Shown one piece after another: positions 25,612 through 39,025 of a DNA stretch of 64,000 nt. The DNA is from Vermamoeba vermiformis (Eukaryota): assembly GCA_045837725.1 (NCBI GenBank), contig JBEWZL010000302.1, positions 372,001-436,000 on the forward strand. Reading direction: 5' to 3'. The notes under the pieces are model-generated. The model was not told the origin of the DNA, searched no databases, and worked only from the letters and a program-made list of their open reading frames with translations. Every line of letters starts with the position of its first letter. Within the stretch, counting starts at the first letter, position 1. Position numbers and translations under genes: made by a program.

Positions 25612-26995
25612 TTAACATGCACAGCCATCACCGCCGTTACTTTTTACATTGGCATTTGGCGTGCCCGGTCTTAATCCACTACTAGCGATATTAACTGCCT
25701 TACTATTGTTATTATTATTGTTGCTATTATTATGTACGCCATTCGCGGAATTATTTTCGTTCGTTAATTTAATAATTGGACTGGCCCCGGATTCTTCTGG
25801 ATCGACCATATATTTTTTGTTCTTATTGTCGTTCTGTATGTCCTTAATATTCTTAACCACTTCATGCACTAATTTCATAATCGCGTCTGATACATTCGTG
25901 TCGTCTTTAGCGGATGTGTCCATCCAACACAAAAATCCATTTTCTTTGCAATATTTTTCCATTTGTTCTTTACTCTCCGGCGAACTCAACGCTTCAGGTG
26001 ATAAATCGATCTAAAAATAGAATATTACTAAATTAGGAAACTTTCGGTAGGTCAAACAAGACAATTTCAAGTAGATCAGTGGTTGGTTAAGACAACATTC
26101 TTAATTATACTCCACGAGTATACTATATATGTATTATATATGTACCTTATTTGCGAGTAGAATGACGGGCAGTCGTTTGCCGTTGGGTAATGTCACTTTG
26201 TTGTCAATATCATCTTTCCATTTTTTCACCGCTTGAAATGTTGCCACTCTATTTGCATCAAATCATTAAATAGTGCGCTATTAAAGTAATAAAATTGATT
26301 GAATTCAGCAACGAAAATTATTTCGAATAAGTGCAGCGTAATAAAGATTTTCTAAAGAAATTTCTTGTGCTCGAATAGATCTGCGAGCAATAGCGTGTAT
26401 TTAAAGTAAAACGTACCTAGTAACGTCAAATACTATAATTGCGGCACTGGCGTCTTTATAATATACTCGTGTCATGTTGCTGAATCTTTCTTGGCCTGGA
26501 TCCGATCCAAAAAATTAAATTATTTGCCAAATAAATAATTAAGGATTCTACTTGATTTGATTCGCTGTATAATAATTATATATGGCTATTTAAAGTACCT
26601 GCAATGTCCCAGAGTTGCAAATTAATAGTTGTCTGTGGATCGTACTGTAGAACTTTAAGACCGAAATCAACGCCAACCTAAATGAATACAATTATTAGAA
26701 TATTATTTTATATGGGTACGTCAACTAAAGATTTTACGGCAACCGTTTAATTATTCAAATGACGCGGGATTCAACATAAAAATGCCTACAATTTCAATTT
26801 AATTTAATTTAGAGGCGATGATACTATAAAATAATTAATTATTAATTATACTACACTTACTGTTGTTTTCCAGCCATCAGAGAATAAATTGTGTAAATAG
26901 CGCTTGATGATCGAAGTCTTGCCGACTCCGACTTCGCCTACTACTAGTACTTTTGATAAATATTCACTAGCTCCACTTGGTGATGGTGTGGCCAT
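25612..26995 (-). CDS. Rab32/38/29-subfamily GTPase; multi-exon
   Basis: [67 protein letters not shown]-terminal CAC. Confidence 0.93.
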
Positions 26996-27837
26996 GTTAT
27001 ATTTGCAATAGAATCACCGTTGAGTTATTATACAAAATCCGGATCTGGTGACCGGTGCAGAACTTTTTTGAATAAATAAATTAACTATATTACAAACCTT
27101 CTTGTTGGTATACGACAAGAAAGAATAAATCGAATCAAAGCCGAATCAAACAACCAGAAGTGACTACTTTTTTCGCGCGAATTTTCTGAATACAAATCAA
27201 CGAGCCACCACGGGCCAAAGGCAGTCACTGCTTAGAGGCATACATATTGGTTGATTTAATAGAAGTAGAAATGTAATTAGGGCTCTGTACCAAATGAGCA
27301 AATGCAAATCCAATGGCCTGCGGGTAAATATTTTAGATCTTGTCCAGTCGGTTCAATAAATTAATTTTCTTATACAATTCCAATGTAAATTAACAAGATC
27401 CTTAAAGGTTTTAAGTGCCTGGCTTGCCAAACATTAATTCGTGTGATCAAATTCTGTTTGCAATACTCCTTAACCTTTTAGACTTACAATTGCTTAGGTA
27501 TAACATCTTGACTCGTCGTTGAAATATCGCGAGATATAACACTTATTTGTACGAAAGGTGACCAGATGAGACTCGATCAAAAATCAGATTGTGATCACGT
27601 GCACTACAGCACGATACGGTAGTAAAAATAGGTACCTGTGGGCACATGTACTTAAGCAATGGCAGATATGCAAATAATATCACCAGTTATCTCCGAATTT
27701 TCTGCCGGATTTGTTCGGATTTGATCCACGGCGCCTTTTTAAAATCTTCGCGTCAAAAAATGTTCATTATCACTCACCGAGGTCCTTAACATAGCACACA
27801 GCTAACATTGACTCAGCCACACTCTCTCAAACAAATC

Positions 27838-28804
27838 ATGGCTTCTACTCGTCAACAAACTTACGGCATTGAGTCCTTAGGCGACCACTTGCTCATCTAT
27901 AAAGCAGATGGCACTCCTTATTTACAAGCAAAAGAGAAGGTTCATCCGACAAAGTTGTAAGTACTCATCGAAAAATTTTGTAACGAGATCGAGTCAAAAT
28001 TAATTATTTCTCTTTCAGAAATTTCAAATTAATCGATGTTGAATTTGGTAATGTGGTGGCTATTGTTAAGCAAAAGGTACGTCCAATACGCTATTACTCG
28101 AGTGCTAAACTAATTCTCTGAATGGTTCAGTACGGCGTTACAAAACGACCGCACTTTAGCTTGTCTATCTCTGGAACTCGTGTGGCTAGCTTCAAACATA
28201 TCACTAACAAGTCTCCTTACGGTCCAATGTTCGATTGTAAGTAAATTCATTCGGATCACGCTCCATTTCCTTCTCAATTTCGAGTTTTACTGTAGAACTC
28301 AAACTAACAGCTATTTTATTCATCAGTGGACTTTTACGACACCAAGTTCAATAATTCTCAGTGGTTTATCTCGCCCAATCCCGCTGTGTTTGACTTCCAA
28401 ATTATGAGGTACGCTGCTGGATCCGACTCCTTTAAAAATAGCCTGGAGATATTTCAGCGAGATCAATTTAAATTTTATTTTTACGAGAGAACTTTCTCAT
28501 TTGCAGTGAGATTTGACAAGATTCGGTGCTTTTTTTTTTTTTTCTGGCATGCTGTCCTATTCAGGATCTAATTCAAATTCCGTCCTATTATAGAGAGAAC
28601 GTGCACGTGGCTACAATTGCATATAGACGCCTTGATATTATCGACGAGCGACTGATAGACGAAGAAGAGTTGATTCTGCTCATTCAAATGGCTGTTATTT
28701 TGTATCATCGAGCTAAGGACGGCAAGATCTACGGCCGAGGCGGCAGCAGTCCGTTCAGTATTATGCCTGACGCGCAGAAGATTCACTATGTAATGAATTA
28801 TTAA
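27838..28804 (+). CDS. Tubby-C / LURP-one-related (LOR)-like protein; multi-exon
   Basis: Beta-strand repeats (LLIYKADG, FKLIDVEFGNVVAIVKQK, DFQIMRENVHVATI) ending in hydrophobic helix LILLIQMAVIL. Confidence 0.55.
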
Positions 28805-29257
28805 GTACATGGTGCAGCGTGAACGAGTTTTCTGGCTGAAAACTTGAAGATCAAATCTGCTATATTTATTTTCCTTTTGTACAGTGTAGATAGCGTATTG
28901 TATATGCTTGTATATCAACCCCTTGTAGATAAATGTCTTCAGCTCTATTTTTACTTTTTTCTGCTTTTTGGTCTGGCCAACACAATCTCAGAGTTTTGTG
29001 GCGGGCAATATTATTGTCTTTGTCCGGACAAGCGATGCACATGAACTGTTTATATTTATTATAATATCTTCAAATGTAAATAAGATCAACCTAGTAATTA
29101 ATTTACACCGTAAGTACACGTGTTTTAGTGGCAGCCGACGAGAACAGACCTCGCATTTAGTGAAAGTATATCTATGACTGCATTATGCAAAATTGTCTTA
29201 TAATAAGGGTGAAACCTAATTTTTCAAAATGACAGAAAGTTTAATTTTAATTTTCAG

Positions 29258-30879
29258 ATGGAGGAGGCTGCAGAGCGTTGGAAGGAATTTAGGCGCAATT
29301 TTGCTACATACGCCGAGGCAATGGAAAAAAGCTTTCCATCAATGACTGTTTCTTACCTGGACTATTCCAGATTTGAACTGATCTTGGATGGACTTCGCAC
29401 TAACAGCATTCCAATCACTGAAATCGACTACAACGGCTTTGGACGAGTGACAGATGATAATTGGACGAGACTATATGAACTAATGGAGGCCTTAGAACAA
29501 AATTCCTGCGTGAACTCGCTCATTATTTCTTGCTCGTGCATTGCCGATGAAGGAAGCAAGCCATTTTTCAAAAAATTAGCGTCATCACATTGTAAAATTC
29601 AAAAATTATTCCTCGATTTGGTGATCACCGAGAAGCGAGCAGTTTTATTCAAAAAAGCGCTGGAGAAAAACAAATCCATTCGAAAATTGCGCTTGACATC
29701 AAACACGCCACCAATTCTAAACTTCTTAAAGTCCAACACTACAATTACATCGCTTAAGATCGAATCGGCAACATTTGACGCTAAATTCATCAAAGCGTTG
29801 AAACACAACCGCACCCTCGAAAAAATCAACATGTCGCGCTATGAAGCTGCCGTTCAATCCAGTGTCAATATGCGCAATGAGATGTGCGAGGCACTGGCAT
29901 CAATAGGAACATTGAAGTCGTTGACCATTGATCTTGGTGCCGGACCTACAGCGTGGTCAATGCAGCCAATGATCAAAGTGTTGGAAGGCAATCCTAGACT
30001 GGCACATTTAGCCATTCGATCACAAACAGATTTCATCGACAAATATGCTGACACGGAGCTATTAGGCCAAGAAGTACTGCACCACCAGTCATTGCCTTCG
30101 CTGAATTTGTGCCACGGTGCTGTGGGTGTCATTCGACCCCTCAAAAATACGTCACTGTTGAAAGAATTGACTGTACCCATATCAAGTCCTATAATGATAG
30201 ATTGGTTTGCAGACATCGTGACTTCAATGACGTACGGTTACTGATCCAAATTTTCACTTTCCGACGGAAATTTACTAATTTTTTCCGCAGAGGACTGCAA
30301 CGAGTCAATTTCTCTGAAATTCACAGAACTCAACAATTGTATATTAATTTAGCGAACCTTATCACCAAAGAATCAAGAGTTGCTGTGTGGAGATTCGAGT
30401 ATCCGTTGTATCTCAAGCGAGATGTCTTCGAAGTGCTTCAACGACGAGCAGTGCGCCCTTGTTGCATTGAGTTACTTGCTTCCCGTCAAGAACAGCTGTT
30501 AGAATTCGCAGAATTGACGGTCACGAATCCTTTTTTGGTAGTCAAATGGCCACCGGTGCGGGAACTACTCACCGACGAAGAAATGCAAATTAAGTGTTAT
30601 AAAGAGAAGAAGATAGCGGCTAGAAGGCAATCAAACTTGTTGCGTTACAAAAATCTCTATCAGTTCTTAGCCATAATTATGTTAGCGAAACAAGAACACT
30701 TGTTCTCGGTACTACCAAACGAAGTGCTGCTATTAATCTGTAAATATGCATGCGATGAGTCAATCTCTTCAGATAGATTGTTGCAAGCGATAGCATTAGC
30801 CGGCAATCGAGAATTCATGTTGGGATCGAACGAAACAAGTCACATCCCGAAAATAGTCAGATTCTGGATGGAGCATTAG
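29258..30879 (+). CDS. RNI-like LRR protein with C-terminal F-box-like motif; at least 2 exons
   Basis: LEKNKSIRKLRL, LKSNTTITSLKI, LKHNRTLEKINM; C-terminal LFSVLPNEVLLLICKY. Confidence 0.82.
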
Positions 30880-31408
30880 AATGTATCTTATAAATTAATA
30901 AGTGTAAATAGTAAAATAAGTAACGAAGAACTCGCAGGGTGATTATTGACCGAAATGCCATCAATCGGAGATCTTTTCCGCAACACAGAGTGCCAACTTT
31001 AGTTAACAATGCAAACAGCGGCCTCCCTTCCTATAATATTCTAGAATGTATTCATATTTATTGCGTTCTCTTGGATATTCCCTAGAAAGCTAAATTTCAT
31101 GTAATTTCAGTGCTCAAGATTTCAGGTTGCTGAATTACTCTGTTCTTTCGATCTTTCCGCAATAGTGTAACATAGATGTATTATATATAATTATTTTTTT
31201 AAAATCGAACACAGAAGAGGACGATCCAAATCTAGAGTAAGTTTGATCTCGCGTGATAACGCTTTTCGTTGCAAAAAAAATTGAATTATCGAACACAAAG
31301 CAACATATAAATATATTACTCTCATATATTGGCTTTCGGCACTTGCGATTTAATTTTGCAATTTCGAATTCAAATTTATTAACGAAATTAAATTATCAGC
31401 TTGAATAA

Positions 31409-33174
31409 ATGAGAAGCGCAACAAAACGATGGCAAACATTCAAGAAAGTATTAGAAGACCGCGATATGGCCGTCAAAGGCATTGAAGAAAGTTTTCCTAC
31501 TTTGTCTATGTGCTTTTGGCCCGAAAACTATGCAATTATATTAGAAGGCTTAAAAACAAATAGTATTCCAGTAACAAAAGTAGATTATTTGTTTTCTTCA
31601 TTAGTCAGCGATGAAGAACATTGGCAAAGGCTCCAACAATTGCTGGATGCGCTAAGAAAAAGCAAAACAGTCAACGAATTAAGGCTATCTCAGCAATATG
31701 ACGTGTTAAGAAAGCAATATACACTCAGTACGAAGAATTTAAAATTATTTAGCTCGTCAAAATGCAAAATTAAATCACTCACGATCGGGATCTCGATCGA
31801 GAAACAAGCGATGAAGCTATTAACCAAAGAACTCGAAAAGAACACTTCAATACAAAAATTGGAAGTGCTAGATGCTTATGGCTGCTTAGAAGCTTTAAAG
31901 ACGAACAAATCAATCACGGATCTGACAGTCAAATCGTACCGCTTGGATTTCTGTTCAACATTTGCCAAGGCCCTTCAAGCCAACAAAAGCATCACGAGCC
32001 TGACAATCAACGAGAACGGCATGAAGATTCCACTCACCGAGCTGCAAGAGCTGTTCTCGGCCATGTCGCAAATGTCGTGCTTGAGGTACTTAAAATTGAC
32101 CTTGGCGACCAATCAGTGGCCGTGGGCAGCACTCACACAAGTCATCAAAAGCAACCCTCTCCTGACCACACTCAAGCTGTACTCTGAATGGTCTGGCCGT
32201 GAACAAGACAACGACCTGTATAAGCACCAAGATCTGGTCGTGCCCGCGATCAGATCTCACCCGTCACTGCGGTACTTGTCAGTCTCGGACATTAATTTCT
32301 ACACAATTATCAATGGCCTTCAAAACAACTCTACTTTAACGCGATTGCACGTGCCTGTCAAAATGCTCGTGTATGACAGGTCCTTAATGACGCTTTTGAC
32401 TTCGATCAAGTAAGTTGTTTGATTTTTGAATATAATTCGAGCTGTTATAATTCAATTCAGAGCAACCTCTGAAAGCTGAATCCTCAAAAATTTGCCTTAT
32501 TTGGCAATTTTACTTAATGCTCAGATTTTCTTATCTCCCTCCCTCCTCTAATTACTAATGCTATGGCTTATTGTAGGAATATTCAGCGCTTGAAATTGTT
32601 CCACAAAGGATGGACGGAGCCAATTTTCATGAATTTTCAACCGCTGCTCAAAGCTAATTGGCCGCTGAAAACATTAATTCTCCGATTTGACTGGGAGGCT
32701 CGATCAAGTTCCAACCAAGATTTTTTCACTGAATTGGAGTCACATCCACGCCTCGAACAGTTAGACTTTCATGCCTCCAATTCGTACCTCTTAGAAAAGT
32801 GCGTTCGGATCCGCGACAACAATCCATTTTTGTTATTGACAGCGAGGAAGAAAGAACTGTATCAAAACTCGACGGAGACACGTGTCAAACTGAAGGCGAT
32901 GACATCTTTGTTGACATTTTTGCGTGTCATTCTGTTGACACCTGAACAAGGTCTCTTTGCGTCAATTCCGCGAGAAGTCCTCGTGCTGATCTGTCAATAT
33001 TTCTCCGCGGGCCAATACAATGTGAATCAACTGTTGTGGATGATTGACCTCGTGACCGAAGATCGCAGCCACGTGATCAGTCAAAAGAACGACACTCGAC
33101 AGAAATTACGTGCTGTGTGGACCAAACTGGCAGAGTTGCGAATGCGAACGAAAAGCGAGTTGAATGTAGTATAA
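31409..33174 (+). CDS. RNI-like LRR protein with C-terminal F-box-like motif; tandem paralog of 29258 gene; 2 exons
   Basis: Shared N-terminus (SFPxM/L..ILxGLxTNSIP), same intron position, C-terminal LFASIPREVLVLICQY. Confidence 0.82.
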
Positions 33175-33360
33175 TAATTGTATTTTTGTAGCGTTAATTA
33201 CGTGATTGTACCTAGCGATTGTATAGAAATTTTGGCTGTGAATAATTTTGTAAGACACGTTCGTTTTCTGGAGCATACAGAACTTCTATTTAATGAATCA
33301 TGAACAATAAGATGCAGTAAAATAGAAGGAACCATATTTGAGTCCGAAGCTAGCGCTGTG

Positions 33361-34088
33361 TTATTCAGCCATCTGCCGACTTTTTTGTAACAGCAGATTC
33401 AGCAACTTTTCGTCGGCGAGTTGAAGGCATTCAGTTTGGCCGTGGAACGAGGCATCAGAAAACTTGCAAAAGTAATTGTTTTTTGTGGCTTCTTCTTTCC
33501 ACCAATTCTCGATCCGAGTCATTTTTCGTAACGGGCCTCGAAGGCTCAATAACAATTTCATATTATAGGTCTTTTGTTCGGTTGAAGTATACCTCTTCCA
33601 AGCGTCTTTATGCTGCGTTCGTCCAAATTTAATTAACTGGCCTACTTTTGGATCGACGATCGAGAAACGTAAAAAGTATTCGGCACATCTGCTGTCCAAG
33701 CTAATCTAGGGTCGTCAAATCGATAGTCGTTATTTCGATGATGAAGCACGCAAGAAGGACAATAATAATCGTCAGGTAAACACTGGATGGGCTTTGGTTT
33801 CCATTCGCGAGCACAAATCGGATCTGTACATCGATGAAGAATGCCTTTCTTCATACCACCCCATGCTCCTACTCTAATGAATCGGCCTTGCTTGGTAGTC
33901 TTCAAAAATTCGTCGTACTGCTCTTCAGTATACTGAATCTGAAGCAGATCCTCTAACTCGTCAACAACTACCTGTATTTGATCGATTAATACCAAAAAAT
34001 CTAAATAATTTATTCATAATTTATGGCTTAATTGCATTAATGCTATGCGTGAACTTACATCTGATTCAATTTCAAGATCTTGCGACAT
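33361..34088 (-). pseudogene. Zn-ribbon + GIY-YIG/T5orf172-like nuclease gene with a 1-nt frameshift (pseudogene or sequencing error)
   Basis: Exon 1 MSQDLEIESD, intron, ILHRCTDPICAREW..YCPSC; adding one T near 33666 gives TFYVFSIVDPKVGQLIKFGRTQ..KRY..IENWWK..GQTEC. Confidence 0.6.
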
Positions 34089-34313
34089 GTCAATGTTTTT
34101 ATCGTCGACCTATTGACGTATTGATATGCTAGCAAAAAAATAAATAAAATGCCAACAATCGAAGGTTTTGTGCTAGTCTTCGAATGAAAATTTGTTAACT
34201 ATTCAAAAATCTAACCGATCAGATAAGTGTCAAAACAACGCAATTAATTTTTATCAATAATATGATTAATCGTGTATTTTGATCATAAAATAGAGGTCGT
34301 GAAGTGGATCCAA

Positions 34314-36248
34314 CTAAAAGTGAACCCACAACTTGGTCAGATCGACGTTGTTGCTCGAAAAGGCATGCTGTTCAATAAACGCCAGCTTGCCGTCATACAA
34401 TCTATTAATATTAAGCATTAGATATATTGGAATTTGTGGTACCCTAGCGGATGTAGCAGATCTTACTTAACCAAAACCAAGCGGTAATCTGGCCTCCAGT
34501 CATCTCCAACCTGTATAATAGACCCATTCATTTTCCATTCGCTAGAACGGTGCTCTATTTAATAAGTTAGAACATCAACCAACGAAAGTGGATGTACGAA
34601 CCTAAATCTGTTTTTATGACCAACTTGTTGTGCTCCGTGAATATCAATTCAACACTTAAATCAAAATTTGTAAATGTTGGGTGTATTCCAAGAGCTTTAA
34701 GCCGTAGTAAGAACTGAAAGCCATTCAATTTTTCTGTAATCAGTTTGTACGACGTCTTTTGTTTTTGATGCAACGCTAATTGGTGCCTTTCAGAGCCAGG
34801 TTCATCCATAAGGAATATTTTTTCTTCATCTGGTAACAATTTTGCTCCTTTCATTAGTAGATCTTCTATGATCCTAAACAAAAATTGTAACCAGATCTTA
34901 TTTAAACTCTTATCGCTACGTACCATTTATATTGCGTTAACCTCTTATTTTGGTATACTGCTAGCAAGCTATATGGAAGTTCGTGGCTTTGAACTGGCGC
35001 ATTTATGTCTGATTTGAATCAAATGTCAAAATATTTCCTTTTATGGAAATTACGTACTGCAGCCTTTAGCCATCAAGTGCTTTATAAATCTGGACGCTTT
35101 AATTCCCAATTTCTCATATGCGATCTCAATATAGTTCCGACTATCAACGGCTGCGCCATTTTTCAAAAATAGATCGAACACTTCCGGATTTGCCGCGCGA
35201 GCTGCAAGACCCAAAGGAGGGACCTAAAAAGTGTACTATTAATATAAGGGTACTTTTAATATGTAGTATAACTTACAGGGTCTTTGTCGTAATTAGAACT
35301 GTTCAGATCGAACGTCAAAAGTTCAGGGTACTTCTTTTTACAGTATAATAGTGCTTCTAGGAAACTATACCAATTATTCATCTATGGATCCATAATTAAA
35401 ATTAATACGCAAGAGACGAATCAATTGAAAGGTTTCTTACCGATAAAGGTTGAACTTTGTGTTCCTCAATTGTCGCATCCGTGATTAGAGGGATTTTGAA
35501 AGCAAATATTGTTGATATATGAGTATTAAATAGCTTCAATGACATTTCGAATGTCCTTCGGGTATTTTTGGCGTCACATCTGCCTAGAAATTCCGGCAAC
35601 AAAGTTAGATCAGCCAATTTTGGAGTTAATTTGGTAATCCATTCCTCTGGCTCAAAAGACTCCGTATGATACTACTTAATATATTAATAATCTGCTAATA
35701 AGAGCTTTAAACATGTACTTCTTACCGTAATTATTTGTTGCAACAGCGAATCCGCATCGTTTGCCCAAATATTGCGTAGAATTAGCTGGTTAGCAAAGAA
35801 TTGGTATTTCTCGGATGATTCGTGGCCAATATAATGCTTCTTATGGACTTCGATCATTAATTTCAACATCGACAGATCACTTTTTTCCGTTGCGACCTTT
35901 TTAATTAATTTTAAATAAATTCGATCGCTTTATTTTGATTTAATTACTTACCAATACATTTCTAAGATAGAAATTGCGAATTTTATCGTCGTACATGGCA
36001 AATTCGTGCTGCTTGGCGCTAAATTAAAATTGTAAAATGGCTAATTTTAACTCGCGGTTTACCGTAATCGCGACCACGTAACGTTATACTTACATATTAT
36101 CGATAATTACGCGAGTAATACCAGTATTAGCGCCAAATTTATCGTTGCATTTTTTAGATGTGAGCATTAACGAGTATAACTCGTCAGGAGTCCATTTATC
36201 AGCTATAAGTTGCAGTATTTCATTTGGTAGGTCAGTTATATTCGTCAT
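34314..36248 (-). CDS. F-box protein with unrecognised C-terminal region; multi-exon
   Basis: N-terminal ITDLPNEILQLIADKWTPDELYSLMLTSKK; chain of minus-strand exons ending at TAG 34314. Internal boundaries uncertain. Confidence 0.6.
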
Positions 36249-36370
36249 ATTGCATTTTGTGATTAGTTTAAATTGCAAAAAAAAACACAAAAAAATCGCA
36301 ACGGTCTTTAATGCTGAACCAGATCTACCTTATGAACAACAACTAGCCTCTAAAGCTCCATATAAACAGA

Positions 36371-38854
36371 TCAGTGTATCAACAAAGGCTCTGCTTTCCA
36401 ATCTGCCCTCGCCATTGCACGGCGTCTCTTGACGAAAAATACAATAACACCAGCGGCAATGGATAGGCCAGTCAAACAGACCAGCACGATCAATATCACT
36501 TCTGCAACGGAAATATAAGTAAGATAGTCACAAGGAGTATAGTATACAAAAGGTCGGCTACACACTTGGAGGCGGGAATGAAGACTTGGATCCGTCTGGC
36601 GATCCGCTTTCTCCGTCAGCTTGTGGACCTTCAACAATATCCTCGCACACAGCCTCTATTCTCTAATAATGCAGAGTGTTAGGCAGATACACGACTAACC
36701 TATAGCTTAGCAGAAGTACCTCTTGCAGAGCTGCCAACAAGTGCAGCTCAATGTGCGAGCGTTGTGTTTCAGTGAACGAGTTCATCTGGTCACAGCTCAT
36801 CACACCCAATTGAATGTCAGTCAGTTGTTGTAGCTGGCTAGCTGTGAGTGACGGAATAACTTCGGGCCTGATTCCGATAATTCCCTCGAGACTCATCTCG
36901 CCCAAAGCTGTCGGTGTCAGCGCTGCGAGTTGTTCACCGCTGAATGCTGCAGTCAAGTCTCTGCTGAAGTTCCTCGCGTGATCTACGTTGAACGCTGCTA
37001 TGGCTGTCGGTGTTAATGTGCGCACTTGGTCCGCTCGAAAGCCTAACACTGCATAGCCGGGCAGTTGTGCGATAACCCCTGCTGTGAATTTCGGGGCTGG
37101 ATCTGTTTTCAGCAGAGCAATCTGGAGCCACGTGACGCTCTTTATATCAATGTTGTACCAGCTCACCATGAGAGGAACTCTACTAGGAACATTCTGCATG
37201 AACGCTGTGTGGAAAACAGTTATGACACTTTGACATTTTTGACACTTTTGACACTTCGACTTGTTTTACGTACCAAAACTTGTAGCCAACAGCTGCAACT
37301 CACTCCATCGATTAACAATATCTAATTGGTGCGTATTGATGACCAACACCATTTGTTCCGCTGTCATGCCGCCAAGACCCGCGGACAAATTGCCTAACTG
37401 TTCCACGGTGGTAGCCATGAGTGTTTCGTTGGACAAATATTGAAACGTGGTTTTGAAGCCGCTGAACTCTTGAGCATGTATATTTCTGATTTGTTGCGCT
37501 GACATTTGTTGCACGGCCTCTGGTCGGATCAGCTCGACGCAATCAACAGACATGGATGAGAATGCGTCAGGTGGGATATTCGCGAAGAATTGTGGCCCAA
37601 ATCCATTGCAAGTCGTGGCCATGTCAATGAGTGTCATGCAGTCTGGTGTCAGGCCTGCTCCTGCTGCCGAATCCATCGCTTCAATAAACTCCGGGGACAG
37701 TCCCATGCAGGCAAGACCTAGCGTTTGAAAGCGCGCAAAACAACTGGAATTAATTCCAGGTGCAGCAGAAGGTGGAAATAACGCTGTTTGTTGCGAGATA
37801 AAGCCCGCACACGCTGCTGGATTCATTGCTGAAAATTGATCGGCACGGATGTACTCTATTGTTGACGGAGATAGCGTGCCAATTTGAGTGGCGCTAAAAG
37901 CAGCGAATGTCGTGGACGCCATATTCGCCAGAAACAAGCCGTTGATGCCGGATCCAAAGTTTGCGGCGCATTCGGGAGTCAGACCAGGGGCAGCTGATGC
38001 GGGCATAGTAGTGATGTGTCGTGATTCAAAACCGATGCAAGAGGCTGGATTCACCGCTCTTAATTGCTCTGCACTGATGCTGCTGTAACTGACACCTGGA
38101 AAAAATGACAGTTGATTCGCGCTGAAAGCTCGGAAGACGTCCGGCCGGATGTGACTCAATCCGTCCGCGTTAACTAAATGAAGAGCACTCGCAGTGATAT
38201 TTGCAGCGCATTTAGGTGTCAATCCAGCGAATGACTCAGCCGGAATACTGTACATAAGTCCAGGCCAGAATATTCCGCAGATCTGAGGCGTGAATGCTGA
38301 CAATTGTTCCGCTGAAATTTGTGCAACGACTGCTCCCCTCACATTGTCCATACAGTCGGAAGTAAGCGCGCTGATGGTTGCTGTTGAGAGTTGACTAAAT
38401 TGACTAGCGTTAAATCCGCTGCATGCTGCGCCAGCCAAATTCTGCATTTGAGGGGCACTTAAGCCACTCATTGCAGCTGCTGGTATGGCTTCGAACTGAT
38501 TTTCATTGAATCCAGCAAAAGCCTACGAAAAATATTAATTTATTTCGTAGACTTTGATAAAAGATTTTAACTAATGTCGTCTAAGTGATATGATATTATG
38601 TGTAATATTATTTAAGGTATTATCAGATTATTTTCGCAACGGAGTCAGATCAAGATCCGGATTTGACGTTTCGAGGCAATCTTTACCTGAGCTGGAATAG
38701 AAGCAAGCTGGTCAGATGTAATACCTCCAAATTCATCAGGTGATATTGCACTCAACTCCGCTGCAGTCAATGTAGACCATGACACGCAGCTGATCGAGCT
38801 TAAACAACAAAAAAACAAGAATAGATTGAATAGACGACCTAGCATAGTGTTCAT
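36371..38854 (-). CDS. Type I membrane protein with ~24-aa helical repeats; multi-exon
   Basis: Signal peptide; repeats like AEQLSAFTP / ANQLSFFP / ADQFSAMNPAACAGF; TM ILIVLVCLTGLSIAAGVIVFFV; short tail ending EPLLIH. Confidence 0.8.
37222..37260. repeat. Intronic tandem TTTGACAC half-site array
   Basis: tgacactttgacatttttgacacttttgacacttcgac fills most of a short intron. Confidence 0.8.
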
Positions 38855-39025
38855 ATATACATTTACAACATTGATTTTGTGACCTTGTTCCTAAAAGTGA
38901 TTTAGGAACAAAGAAACAAAGGGACACCGAAAAAGGCCCAACGAGATCTCGTCGGTTCCTAAAATTATGTTGTAGTATTGAATAACACAAGTGCTGCTAT
39001 TGTAAATATTTGTATATACTTAATT

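Noticed and set aside
25690-25735. Poly-Asn (AAT)n tracts here and at about 11390-11440
   Set aside because: Ordinary low-complexity coding microsatellites, common in amoebozoan proteins.
33660-33680. Programmed -1 ribosomal frameshift in the nuclease gene
   Set aside because: T TTT TAC is not a canonical X XXY YYZ site; an indel is simpler.
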